From: Fimbriimonadaceae bacterium
GTDB taxonomy: Bacteria; Armatimonadota; UBA10988
Assembly (NCBI GenBank): GCA_020850355.1
Contig: JADZEX010000048.1
Location: 13,508-77,507, forward strand
Reading direction: 5' to 3'
DNA: 64,000 nt
Below the pieces are notes generated by a model. The model worked only from the letters and a program-made list of their open reading frames with translations, was not told the DNA's origin and did no database searches. Positions within the stretch are counted from its first letter, which is position 1. Each line of letters begins with the position of its first letter. Both the position numbers and the translations under genes were made by a program. Below are positions 27,387 through 36,842 of the stretch, piece by piece.

Positions 27387-28660
27387 GCGGGGGCTCCTTC
27401 CGAAAGGCTGCCGGCGGCCGGGCTGGAGGCTTGCAGCTCCTGCTCCAGCGCCAGCCCGGCCTGCATCAGCTCGTTACGCAGCGGGACCAGCTCCGGCCGG
27501 GTGTCGAGGTAACGGCCAAGCGCTTCGGGCAGGCCGTGGTGCTCGGTCACTTCGACCCGCGGCCGGCTGGCCACGGCGGGCCGTTCGCGAATCAGGCCGG
27601 CCACCAGAAACGCGCCATCCACCGCCCGGCGCACGGCGCTGCTATCGAGCTTGGCGTACTGCTCGTCGGTGCAGGTGTAGCGCACCCGCAGCACGGCGTC
27701 GCGCAGCTCCAGGTCGCGCAGCCGCTCGACGAGGTACGCGGTGGCCTCGCGGTGCGGCGGCACCGCCAGCTCCAAGGCCACGAACGGCCGCACCGCCAGC
27801 GGGGCGTGGCGCCAGGTGACGGTCCGCGCGGCCGGCGTCGGACCGGGCGCGATGCTGACCAGGCAGACGCCCTTGACATCGTTGGCTTCGCCGAAGTCGA
27901 TCCGGTCCAGGCTGCCGCAATAGACCACCGCCGGGCGCTGCCCGCCGTTCAGCTCCTGGTGCCGGTGGACATGCCCCAGCGCGACGTAGTCGAAGCGCGG
28001 GTCGGCCAGCACGCCGCGGCTGAGGGCCGGGTCGCCGCTCACCAGACCGACCTTCTCCGAGCCGCTGAAGACCGCGTCGGCGGCGGTGACATGGGCCAGC
28101 AGGACGGCCGGCAGCGCCGGCTCGAGCTGTTGCGCAAGCTGGTCGAGGCGCTCCTCACAGAGTTGCCGCAGACGCGCCAGGAGGGCCTGATCGTCGAGCT
28201 GCAGGGTGGCGTCGTGCCCCCGCAGCAGGGCCGGCGTGGGCCAGGGCAGGCCGACCACCTGCAGCGTTCCGGCAGCCGTCGCGATGCTCACCAGCCCCGG
28301 TTGGCGCAGCACCGTGACGCGCTCGGCGGCCAGCGAGCCGAAGACATCGAGGGCCGAGTTGCGGCCGAAGGCGACCGGCAGGTCGTGGTTGCCGGCGACC
28401 AGCACCAGCGGCACGTCGGCCCGCAGCAGCCGGCCGATGGCCTCGGCGAAGATCTGTTGGTGCGTCGGTGACGGGTAACAGGTACGGTAGGCGTCGCCGG
28501 CGAAGAGCGCGGCGTCGAGCGGCTCGGACAGCGCCACGTCGAGCGCCTGGTTGAGCGTCGCGGCGAAGTCCTGCAGGCGGCTATGGCGGCCGGTCGCCGG
28601 GTCGACCCGTCCGTAGGTCTCGACCCCCAGATGCGTATCGGCAAAGTGCAGCAGCCGCAC
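27383..28660 (-). CDS. sbcD: SbcD/Mre11-family metallophosphoesterase nuclease
   Basis: Motifs LLHFADTHLG, AGDAY, VAGNHD and LGHVH. Start moved to GTG 28660 (VRLLHFADTH, as in MRILHTSDWHLG of E. coli SbcD) because the putative -10 box lies inside the longer ORF. Confidence 0.8.
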   Translation of the reverse strand: MRLLHFADTHLGVETYGRVDPATGRHSRLQDFAATLNQALDVALSEPLDAALFAGDAYRTCYPSPTHQQIFAEAIGRLLRADVPLVLVAGNHDLPVAFGRNSALDVFGSLAAERVTVLRQPGLVSIATAAGTLQVVGLPWPTPALLRGHDATLQLDDQALLARLRQLCEERLDQLAQQLEPALPAVLLAHVTAADAVFSGSEKVGLVSGDPALSRGVLADPRFDYVALGHVHRHQELNGGQRPAVVYCGSLDRIDFGEANDVKGVCLVSIAPGPTPAARTVTWRHAPLAVRPFVALELAVPPHREATAYLVERLRDLELRDAVLRVRYTCTDEQYAKLDSSAVRRAVDGAFLVAGLIRERPAVASRPRVEVTEHHGLPEALGRYLDTRPELVPLRNELMQAGLALEQELQASSPAAGSLSEGAPA

Positions 28661-28677
28661 GGCCCACCTCGCGCCGA

Positions 28678-28707
28678 ACCGTAGCACCTGGCGCGGTCGG
28701 AAGTCAA
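28678..28707 (-). promoter_or_regulatory. putative promoter TTGACT-N18-TACGGT for sbcD
   Basis: The minus strand reads cggTTGACTtccgaccgcgccaggtgcTACGGTtc. The leader would be short, containing GAGGTGG. Confidence 0.35.
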
Positions 28708-28777
28708 CCGCCGGCCACCCGGCGCCCGCCGGAAGGCATCGCCCGCGCGGCGGCCAACGCTGTCAACGGAGACGACG

Positions 28778-31700
28778 ATGGTCTGGGCGCTGCTGCTGCC
28801 GCTCCTGACGGCCCCGGGCGAGGTGCGCTGGGAGTCCCCACTGACGGCGCTCGCGCCGCGCTGGCAGGAAGAAGGTGACTGGTCGTCGCTGGGTGGCCAC
28901 TGGACGGCTCAGGCCGACGGCCTGGAGGGCGGCCCGGCGGCCAGCCAGTTGTTGTTGCAGGCAGTGCCCGCGCTGCTCCGCGGCAACGCCGCGGTGACCG
29001 TCCAACCGCGCCGCCGCGAGCGGGCTGATGGCTGGGTCACGACGACCCTGCTGCTGTGGGAATCACCGCGCCGCTACTGGCAGTTTGGGCTGGTTGAAGA
29101 CCCTGACCGAGAGACTCGGCGGATGGAGCTACTGGAGGCCTACGACGCGGCCTGGCAGGCGCAGACCAGTGGGCTGACCCGGCTGGCCGGCGGGGCGCGC
29201 GGTGACGGCGGCTGGCAATGGGACCAGCCCTGGCGGCTGGAGCTGGCATGGGAGCCGACCCGGATCAGCGCCCGGGGACGCCCGCTGGCGGCCGCCACGT
29301 GGGCCTGGGAGGCCTCCTTCGATCTGCGCGGCGAGACACCCGCGGTGCGGGTTGGGCAGGTCGGTCTGAAGGCCGACGGCCTGCGCGCGACCTTCCGCGA
29401 CGCGGCCGTCAGCGGCGTGACGGCGCCGACGGAGCGAGTCAGCGGTCGCCAGGCAGTGCTCTGTGACGGCGCGGGGCCCTGGCAGACGACGGGCTGGAAA
29501 GCCGCCGCCGCGAGCTTCACGAAGCTGCTCACCGCCGCTGGCTACCAGCTCCGCAGCGTCACGCCGGAAGAACTCGCCGTGAGCCTCAACCGCGAGCAGG
29601 ACGGCCTGCTGGCGGTTCCGTCGCTGGCCACCCTGCCGCGCGAGACGGCGCTGGCGGTCAGCGCCTGGTGCACCCGCGGCGGCGACCTGCTGGCCAGCGG
29701 CGACGAGCCCTTCAAGACCGTGCTGTTCCGCGATTCGCGCGGCCGGTGGGTCAGCCGGCAGGACGCCTTGCGGACGGTTACGGCGAGCCGCGTGGTGTTC
29801 GATCCGGTGCGCACCCGCGGGCTGACCCGCGCCGCGAGTCCCTGGGAGCCGGCCCCGGTGATCTCACCCGGCGCCACCGGCGCCGACGGCCAGCCCAGCG
29901 CGCTGCGTGTGGCCATTCCGCAGGTCGGAGGGTGGGACGTGCTGACCACCCCACCCTTCGAGAGCAGCCCCTTTGGCACCGACTGCACGCTGACCGTGGT
30001 GACGGCCAAAGGGACCAGCGGGCAGAGCATCACCGTGGAGTGGAAAGAGACCGACGGCAGCCGCTGGATCGCACAGCTCAAGCTGACCGACGGCTGGAGC
30101 ACGACGGTCCTGGAACCGCAGGACTTTGCCTTCTGGAGCGACGGCTCGCCGCCGGAGCGGGCCGGGACCCGCTTCCGGCCGGCGGGGGCGCGGATCCTCT
30201 CGTTTGGCCCGGCGGTCGGCCACGGCGCGCTGGCCGGGCAACCCTGCGAGTACTGGCTGGCGCCGCTCGGCGTGGCCGCCTCGCCGCTCGGCGAGACCGA
30301 CTTCAGCGTGCCCGATTTGGAGACCCTGGCGCCCTGGTACAAGCAGTTCGCGACCCGCCGCGGCAGCGAGCTGGTGCGCCAACCGATTGCCCGGCAGCGC
30401 GGCCTGTCGGCGACGCCGGAGCTGGACGGCCGTTACAGCGTGGTCGGCGACCTGTTGACGCCCGTCGCGACGCGCTGGGCCGACGCCTCGGGGGCGCTCT
30501 ACTACTGGCTCCCCAGCGCCGCGCCGGCGGCCGCCACGCAGCCGGCAGTGGTCGACCTGCTGCGCGGCGGGCAGAGCCAGGTGGTGCTCTACAACAGCGG
30601 CCCGGCCGGCGTCACCGCCCGCCCGCAGCAGCCGCTGCTGGTCAGTGCGCGGGTCGCCAACCAGGGAGGCACCCCGGCCGCGGCCAGCCTGCGCTGGCGG
30701 CTGCTCCGGGGCACCACCGAGGTGCAGCGCGAAGAACGCGCCCTGACCTTGCAGCCGGGCGCGCCCCGCGGGGTCAGTTGGGACCTCCCCGCCGGGCTGC
30801 CAGTTGGCGAGTACACCGTCGAGACCAGCGTGGCCACGGGTGGGCAGCCGGTCGACAGCCTGCGGGCCGAGCTGCGGGTCTTGCCGCCGCCACCGGCGCA
30901 GCCGACGCGCCGGGTGGAGGTCGTCAACGGACGCTTCGTCGCCGCCGGGCGGCGGCTCTTCCTGCATGGCGTCAACTACTGGCCGCGGTATGTCGCCGGC
31001 AGCGATGTGACGCGCTACAACAGCCACTGGCTGATGCCCCAGAACTACGACCCGGTGCTGGTCGAAGCCGACCTCGCGAGCATCGCCAAGTTGGGGATGA
31101 ACCTCGTCAGCATCCAGTACACCGACCCCGTGATGGGCCCGTCGCTGCGCGACTTCCTGGACCGTTGCCGGCGGCTCGGCCTCTGGGTCAACGTCTACCT
31201 CGCCGGGACGCACCCCCTCTCGCCCGACCTGGCCGCGGCCCGGGCGCTGCTGGCGGCGGCCGACCTGCCGGCCGACAGTGCCGTCTTCGCCTACGACCTG
31301 GCCTGGGAGCCGAAGGTCGGCCGGGCCACCGAGCGGCGGCGGCTTGACCCGGCCTGGCGAGACTGGCTGACCGAGCAGTACGGCTCGCCGGCGGCGGCCG
31401 AGGCGCAGTGGGGTGTCGCTGCGCCGCGGGAGGAGACAGCGGTCAGCGGGCCGACCGATGCGCAGTTTCAGACCGATGGCCCCCACCGCCCCCTGACGGC
31501 CGCCTACCGGCGGTTCCTTGACGACCTGGTCAGCCGCGGTTACGGCCGAGTGGTCCGCGGCCTGCGGGCGCTCGACCCACACACCCTGCTCGGGGCGCGC
31601 ACCGGCTGGGGCGGCACGGCGCAGCAGGCGAACAACGCCAACGGCGGGTACGACCTGCTGTCGGGCGCCGCCTGGCTCGACTTCACCTCGCCGGAGGGCT

Positions 31701-32608
31701 ACGGCCTGCCCGACAACTTCGCGGCCGGCCGGGCGGTCGGCTTCGTGACGGCCTACGGACGTTGGGCCGGGGCGGGCAAACCGATCTTCTGGTCGGAGTA
31801 CGGCCACAGCATCGGCCCGCGAGGTGGCACGAGCGCCTCGCAACGTCAGCAGGCGGCGATCTGGGAGACGATGCTGCAGGTGATCAACGACAGCGACGGC
31901 GACGCCGCGGCGGGCTGGTGGTGGCCAGGCGGCTGGCGCCTCAACGAGCTCAGCGACTATGGCGTGCTGGCGCCCGAGGGCACCCCGCGCGAGGCGGCTG
32001 TGGTGGCGGCCAAGGTGGGGCAACAGATCGCCGCCCGCGGCACCGCGGCCGGTCAGGGCGTGCCGCAGCGGCTGGTGATCGACCGCGACGCCGACGCCCG
32101 CGGGATGCACGGCCTGTTGTTGCGCCATGGCGCGGAGTACGCCAGGCTGCGCGCGACCGGCCGCCCGGTCGAGGTGGTCACCGCGGGCAGCGGCTGCACC
32201 ACCGCCAACCTGCCGCGGACGGCGGTTGGCGGGCAGCCCCAGGCGGGCGTTGGACCGCTGCAATACGCCAACGCCGAGATCGGCGCGGTCACCGTGCGCT
32301 GGGACGGCGGGCAGGCCAGCGGAGACAACGGCCTGCGGGTGGCGCTGCCCGACGGGGTCGCTGGCCGCATCGAGGTGGAGCTGGTGAACACCGGCGAGGC
32401 GACCTGGCTGGCCGCCGGGCCAGGCGCCGTGACGCTGACCGGCGGGCTCGACGAACTGCGGCTGCCGGCCGACCTGCCGCGCTACGGCCGGGTCACCCTC
32501 AGCGCCGCGCTGCCCACGCCACGCCCAGCCACGCTCACCGCCCGGCTGCAGATTGCCGGGCTGGGCCCACTGGGCGAACCACTGCGAATCGACCTGGCGA
32601 CGCGTTGA
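28778..32608 (+). CDS. 1276-aa secreted multidomain protein with clan GH-A-like (GH5/GH2-type) TIM-barrel core
   Basis: Signal-like N-terminus with GGAG SD. The core has LFLHGVNYWP, AYDLAWEPK (acid/base-like, NEP-type position) and IFWSEYGHS (nucleophile-like Glu). Confidence 0.75.
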   Translation: MVWALLLPLLTAPGEVRWESPLTALAPRWQEEGDWSSLGGHWTAQADGLEGGPAASQLLLQAVPALLRGNAAVTVQPRRRERADGWVTTTLLLWESPRRYWQFGLVEDPDRETRRMELLEAYDAAWQAQTSGLTRLAGGARGDGGWQWDQPWRLELAWEPTRISARGRPLAAATWAWEASFDLRGETPAVRVGQVGLKADGLRATFRDAAVSGVTAPTERVSGRQAVLCDGAGPWQTTGWKAAAASFTKLLTAAGYQLRSVTPEELAVSLNREQDGLLAVPSLATLPRETALAVSAWCTRGGDLLASGDEPFKTVLFRDSRGRWVSRQDALRTVTASRVVFDPVRTRGLTRAASPWEPAPVISPGATGADGQPSALRVAIPQVGGWDVLTTPPFESSPFGTDCTLTVVTAKGTSGQSITVEWKETDGSRWIAQLKLTDGWSTTVLEPQDFAFWSDGSPPERAGTRFRPAGARILSFGPAVGHGALAGQPCEYWLAPLGVAASPLGETDFSVPDLETLAPWYKQFATRRGSELVRQPIARQRGLSATPELDGRYSVVGDLLTPVATRWADASGALYYWLPSAAPAAATQPAVVDLLRGGQSQVVLYNSGPAGVTARPQQPLLVSARVANQGGTPAAASLRWRLLRGTTEVQREERALTLQPGAPRGVSWDLPAGLPVGEYTVETSVATGGQPVDSLRAELRVLPPPPAQPTRRVEVVNGRFVAAGRRLFLHGVNYWPRYVAGSDVTRYNSHWLMPQNYDPVLVEADLASIAKLGMNLVSIQYTDPVMGPSLRDFLDRCRRLGLWVNVYLAGTHPLSPDLAAARALLAAADLPADSAVFAYDLAWEPKVGRATERRRLDPAWRDWLTEQYGSPAAAEAQWGVAAPREETAVSGPTDAQFQTDGPHRPLTAAYRRFLDDLVSRGYGRVVRGLRALDPHTLLGARTGWGGTAQQANNANGGYDLLSGAAWLDFTSPEGYGLPDNFAAGRAVGFVTAYGRWAGAGKPIFWSEYGHSIGPRGGTSASQRQQAAIWETMLQVINDSDGDAAAGWWWPGGWRLNELSDYGVLAPEGTPREAAVVAAKVGQQIAARGTAAGQGVPQRLVIDRDADARGMHGLLLRHGAEYARLRATGRPVEVVTAGSGCTTANLPRTAVGGQPQAGVGPLQYANAEIGAVTVRWDGGQASGDNGLRVALPDGVAGRIEVELVNTGEATWLAAGPGAVTLTGGLDELRLPADLPRYGRVTLSAALPTPRPATLTARLQIAGLGPLGEPLRIDLATR

Positions 32609-32632
32609 CGAGAGACCGCCGGGGCCGCTACG

Positions 32633-34522
32633 ATGCGGCCGGAACGGGAGAGGCCGATGCTGGACCGCAACCTGCTGCCGGCGCGTTATCCGCGGCAGCT
32701 CAAGGACCACTTCAATCGGTTGAGCGACGAACTGCAACTGGCCCGCGGGTTCGCCGCCGACCGGGCGACCTGGGAGGCCCGCCGGCCGCTCGTCCGGCAG
32801 GCGCTGATCGATGCGGTGGGCGGCTTCCCCGAGCGCACGCCGCTGCAGGCGGAGATTGTCGGCACCCTCGAACGCGACGGCTACAGCATCGAGAAGCTGG
32901 TCTACCAGAGCCGCCCCGGTTTCTATGTCACCGGCGCGGTCTACCGCCCGCATATCGACCACCCGGTGCCGGCGATCTTCTGCCCCCACGGTCACTACGC
33001 CGAGGGCCGTTTCAACGCCGAGCTGCAGCGCCGCATGGTGAACCACGCCCGGCGCGGCTACCTGGCGCTGGTGATCGACAAGGTCGGGTACAACGACCGC
33101 CTGGCGCAGGACCACTCGACGCGGGCGCCACTGCTGGCCGGGCTGGCGACTCAGGGGCTGCAACTGTGGGACAACATGCGCGGCATCGACTACCTGTTGA
33201 GCCGCCCCGAGGCGCTCAGTGACCGGCTCGGCTGCACCGGCGTCAGCGGCGGCGGCAACCAGACGATGTACCTCTCGGCGCTCGACGAGCGGATCACCGC
33301 CAGCGCGCCGGTCTGCAGCGTCGAGCTCGGCGAGTGCTACATGCACAAGCGCTACTGCACTTGCGAGCTGGTCCCCGGCCTGCGCCGGTTCGCCGACCTG
33401 GTCGACATCTGTGGCTTGATTGCCCCCCGCGCGCTGCTGCTGGTGCATGGCATCCTCGACTTCGGGTTCCTGATCGACAGCGCCCGCAAAGCCTACGCGC
33501 GGATCCGCCAGATCTACGGCGCGCTCGGCGTGCCCGAGCGGGTGGCGCACTACACCAGCCTCGACAGCCACGCCTACAACCGCGAGATGCGGGAGGCCGT
33601 CTACGACTGGTTCGACCTGCACCTCAAGGGGCAGGCCGGGCCGCCGGCGGTGGAGGTCGAAGCGACCGTCGAGAGCCCCGAGGACCTGCGCTGTCTGCCG
33701 CAGGGGCTGCCCGGCGATGCCGTCAACCTGCTGGACCTGCTGGCAGAGCGGGCCGCCGGCCTGCACCTGGCGCCGGCCTGTCCGCCGCACCGGCGGGCCC
33801 AACTGCGGCACGTGCTGGGCGGCGATCCGCCGCCGACGCCGCTGCGGCCGCACCTCGCCGCCGCCGCAGGCGAGCACCTGGGCGAGACCGCCGCCCAGGT
33901 CGAGCTGGGCTACGTCTACAGCGAACCCGACGTGGTGCTGCCGCTGGCGCTCTACCGGCCGGCCGGCGAGGCCTGCTGCGAGGTGGTGATCCGGTTTGGC
34001 CCCAATGGCCACGGCGACGTGCCGGAGGAGGCCGTCGCGGCCGACTTGGCGGCGGGACGGGCGGTCCTGCTGGCCGATCTCCGCGGCACCGGCGAGACCC
34101 GCGCCGAGGGCGATCCGAGCACCGCGGAGTGGCAGGCTTACCTCTCGTCGGTGACCCTCGGCCGGCCGATCCAGGCGATGCGCGCCTGGGACCTGCGGCG
34201 GCTGGTGGACTACTGCGAAACCCGCGCCGACCTGACGGCGATCCACCTGGCGGCGCACGGCACGTTGCTGGAAGGTCTGGTGGCGCTGCTGGCGGCGGCG
34301 CTGGATCCGCGGGTGGCCAGCCTGACCGTGGCGCAGTTGCCGCCGACTTTCTGCGGCCAGGCCAGCTTCGGCGAGTTGGCGACGGTCGGGCAGTTGGCAG
34401 TGATCCCGAACTTGCTGCAGGTGGGCGATGTGGCCACCTTGCTGGAACTGGTCGCCCCGCGGCCGGTGACGGTGGCGCAGTGGGTCAACCTGCTGGGCGA
34501 GCCGCTGGCGTCGGGAGCCTAG
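32633..34522 (+). CDS. two-domain alpha/beta hydrolase (acetyl-xylan-esterase / dienelactone-hydrolase-like)
   Basis: GCTGVSGGGNQT is a GxSxG nucleophile elbow. A second hydrolase-like half follows (LLADLRGTGET...LAAHGT). The alternative start is at 32657. Confidence 0.8.
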   Translation: MRPERERPMLDRNLLPARYPRQLKDHFNRLSDELQLARGFAADRATWEARRPLVRQALIDAVGGFPERTPLQAEIVGTLERDGYSIEKLVYQSRPGFYVTGAVYRPHIDHPVPAIFCPHGHYAEGRFNAELQRRMVNHARRGYLALVIDKVGYNDRLAQDHSTRAPLLAGLATQGLQLWDNMRGIDYLLSRPEALSDRLGCTGVSGGGNQTMYLSALDERITASAPVCSVELGECYMHKRYCTCELVPGLRRFADLVDICGLIAPRALLLVHGILDFGFLIDSARKAYARIRQIYGALGVPERVAHYTSLDSHAYNREMREAVYDWFDLHLKGQAGPPAVEVEATVESPEDLRCLPQGLPGDAVNLLDLLAERAAGLHLAPACPPHRRAQLRHVLGGDPPPTPLRPHLAAAAGEHLGETAAQVELGYVYSEPDVVLPLALYRPAGEACCEVVIRFGPNGHGDVPEEAVAADLAAGRAVLLADLRGTGETRAEGDPSTAEWQAYLSSVTLGRPIQAMRAWDLRRLVDYCETRADLTAIHLAAHGTLLEGLVALLAAALDPRVASLTVAQLPPTFCGQASFGELATVGQLAVIPNLLQVGDVATLLELVAPRPVTVAQWVNLLGEPLASGA

Positions 34523-34525
34523 CCG

Positions 34526-35401
34526 GTGGCGCAGAGCTGGCGCGCGGCGCGGGTGCGGCTGCGGACCTGGCGGGATCAGCACTGGATCGGCGGCGAGCTG
34601 GCGCTGCGCTGCTACGGCGACCCGGCGGCGCCGCGGAAGCTACTGCTGCTGCACGGCGTCGGCCTGACGGCCGCCACCTGGCGGCAGGTCGCGCCCGCGC
34701 TGGCCGAACTTGGCGAGGTGGTGGCGGTCGATCTGAACGGCCACGGGGCCAGCCGGGCCGACCGCGGGTCGCCGACCGGGTTAGGTGCGCAGGCCGCGCT
34801 GATTCCGGCGCTGCTCGACGCGTTGCGCTGGCGGCAGGCCACGCTGGTCGGCCACAGCATGGGCGGCGGCGCCGCGATCGGGGCTGCGCTGCTGGCGCCG
34901 CGGCGGGTCGCGGCGCTGGTGCTGGTCGGCAGCGCGGCGCTGCCGCAACGGCTGCCGGCGCTGTTCTGGCCGTTCTTCCTGCCCGGCGCCGACCTCGCTC
35001 TGACTCTGCTGGTGCGCGCGATCTGCCGGCTCCATGGCAGCCGCTGGCTGAGCAGCGGGTACGGCTACGATCCGGTCGCGGCGCGGGAGTACCTGGCGGC
35101 CTTCAGCCACCTGGCGGTCTGCCGCGCGGTCTGCCGGGCGGTGCAGGACCTGCGGCCGTCGCACTACCTGCGCTTCCCGCTGCGCTTCCCGCAGATCACC
35201 ACCCCAACGCTGATCTTGCACGGCGAGCGCGACGACATCGTGCCGCCGGAGGTGCCGCGGCGGCTGGCGGCGTTGCTGCCGCAGGCCGAGTTGCGCTGGA
35301 TCCGGCGCGGCCACCACATCCCGCAGGAGACCCACCCCGGCGAGGTGACCGCGGCGATTCGCGATTTCCTGAACCGCGACCGGCCGGTTGCGTCAGGCTG
35401 A
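34526..35401 (+). CDS. alpha/beta-fold hydrolase
   Basis: LLLLHGVG, the nucleophile elbow GHSMGG, and LILHGERDDIVP...GHHIPQE (catalytic Asp/His regions). GTG start 3 bp after the previous stop. Confidence 0.85.
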   Translation: MAQSWRAARVRLRTWRDQHWIGGELALRCYGDPAAPRKLLLLHGVGLTAATWRQVAPALAELGEVVAVDLNGHGASRADRGSPTGLGAQAALIPALLDALRWRQATLVGHSMGGGAAIGAALLAPRRVAALVLVGSAALPQRLPALFWPFFLPGADLALTLLVRAICRLHGSRWLSSGYGYDPVAAREYLAAFSHLAVCRAVCRAVQDLRPSHYLRFPLRFPQITTPTLILHGERDDIVPPEVPRRLAALLPQAELRWIRRGHHIPQETHPGEVTAAIRDFLNRDRPVASG

Positions 35402-35417
35402 AGCCAGGTAGGGAACG

Positions 35418-36833
35418 ATGCTGCTGCTGCTCGGGTTCACCCTCTGCTTGGCCAGCCCGGTGCTGATCGACGGCACCGACGTCAGCGCGCTGACCCCGGC
35501 GCAGCTCTGGGAGAAGTCGGACGAGTACTTCCACAATGGCCAGTACGCCGTCTGTGTCCGCTACTGCGCGCGCCTCGTCGAGCTGCAGCCGGACAACATC
35601 GAGGCCTACAGCGTGGCGGCCTGGCTGACCTGGAGCCTGGGCGACGAGCCGGGCGGCCGGCGTTGGCTGGAGCGCTGCGTGCAGGCCAATCCGCGGCACT
35701 GGGAAGCGCACTTCAACCTGGGTCAGCACTGGCTGGACCGCCGTGGCGATGCCCCGCGGGCACTGCCCTACCTCGAGCGCGCCGTCAACCTGCCCGGCAT
35801 CACCCAGCCGGCCCTGCGGCTGCTGGCCCACGCCTACGTCACCGCGGAGCAGCCTGGCCGGGCGGTCGCCTGGTGGGAGACCCTGCGGCGCAAGGACCTC
35901 AGCCCGAGCGGCTTGATCGCCAGCAACCTGGCCAGCGCCACGGCGATTGCGCTGCGCAGCGACCACGACGCCCGGAGCGGCGGCGTGATCAGCGGGCCCG
36001 CGGCCAGCACGGCGCCACGGATCTTGGCCGACCGGCGCCGCGACGACAACGGCGACGGGTTTGCCGAAGCCCGGCAGCTCGACCTCGACGATCCGACCCG
36101 GCCCGGTGACCAGGTCGCCTGCCGGATCACCTACCGCGGTCGCCGCTCGGTGCTGCGGCCGGTCTGGAACTGGACCGCGTGGCTGGCCGACTCCGACGGC
36201 GACGGTGCGCTGTCCGACGAGACCGCGCTGGTGGACCCGGACGAGGATGGCCTGGCCGAGTCGCTGCCGCCGCTCGACCAGCTTCGGACCGCGCGGGCCC
36301 GCCTGGCGCCCGGCCGGCGGCGCCTCGTCTCGCCCGACCGCTACGAACTGCTGACCGGTCCCGACGGCCAGCCGGCACTGCCGCAAGTGGCGCTGCTGCC
36401 GGAGCGGGTGCTGGTCACTCCCCCGGCCTATGTCGCCACCGACCGCCCCGGACTGCGGGTCGAGTTGCGGCTGCTCGGCCTGACGAGCCGCGACAGCGTG
36501 GCTGGGAGCGGTGTGGAGTTGCCGGCTGGTGTATACTGTCTGAACAGCCTGCCGGGTCCCACCGCGGTGCTCAGTGCGGCCTGGCCGCCAGCCGGGCAGC
36601 GGTGGTTGCCGGTGGTGGAGTTGCGGCTCCGCGGCGGGCTGCTCGACCGCAAGGCCTGTCCGCAGGTGGTGGTCCGCGCAAAGGACGGCACGGTCCGGCT
36701 CGAACCCGCCCAGCCCACCGAGCTGGAGGAGGCCTTCGAGCCGCCGGCCCCCGTCACGCCGACCCCTTCGGACGGGCCGCCGAGGCAACCAGTGCCGGCG
36801 CCGGTGCAACCGCCCGAGCTGCCGGGGCAGTGA
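35418..36833 (+). CDS. secreted TPR-repeat protein with Asp-rich DxDGDG (calcium-binding-like) segments
   Basis: Signal peptide MLLLLGFTLCLASP, TPR-like helices (YFHNGQYAVCVRYCARLVELQPDNIEAY...), then DDNGDGFAE and DSDGDGALSDETALVDPDEDG. Confidence 0.7.
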   Translation: MLLLLGFTLCLASPVLIDGTDVSALTPAQLWEKSDEYFHNGQYAVCVRYCARLVELQPDNIEAYSVAAWLTWSLGDEPGGRRWLERCVQANPRHWEAHFNLGQHWLDRRGDAPRALPYLERAVNLPGITQPALRLLAHAYVTAEQPGRAVAWWETLRRKDLSPSGLIASNLASATAIALRSDHDARSGGVISGPAASTAPRILADRRRDDNGDGFAEARQLDLDDPTRPGDQVACRITYRGRRSVLRPVWNWTAWLADSDGDGALSDETALVDPDEDGLAESLPPLDQLRTARARLAPGRRRLVSPDRYELLTGPDGQPALPQVALLPERVLVTPPAYVATDRPGLRVELRLLGLTSRDSVAGSGVELPAGVYCLNSLPGPTAVLSAAWPPAGQRWLPVVELRLRGGLLDRKACPQVVVRAKDGTVRLEPAQPTELEEAFEPPAPVTPTPSDGPPRQPVPAPVQPPELPGQ

Positions 36834-36842
36834 GGATTTGGC

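Noticed and set aside
29864-34582. A 1572-aa minus-strand ORF, the longest in the window.
   Set aside because: It is a shadow ORF antisense to three well-supported plus-strand genes (clan GH-A-like enzyme and two hydrolases with GxSxG motifs). Its translation is Arg/Pro/Gly/Ala-rich low-complexity sequence with no recognisable motif, as expected for stop-poor antisense frames in GC-rich DNA.
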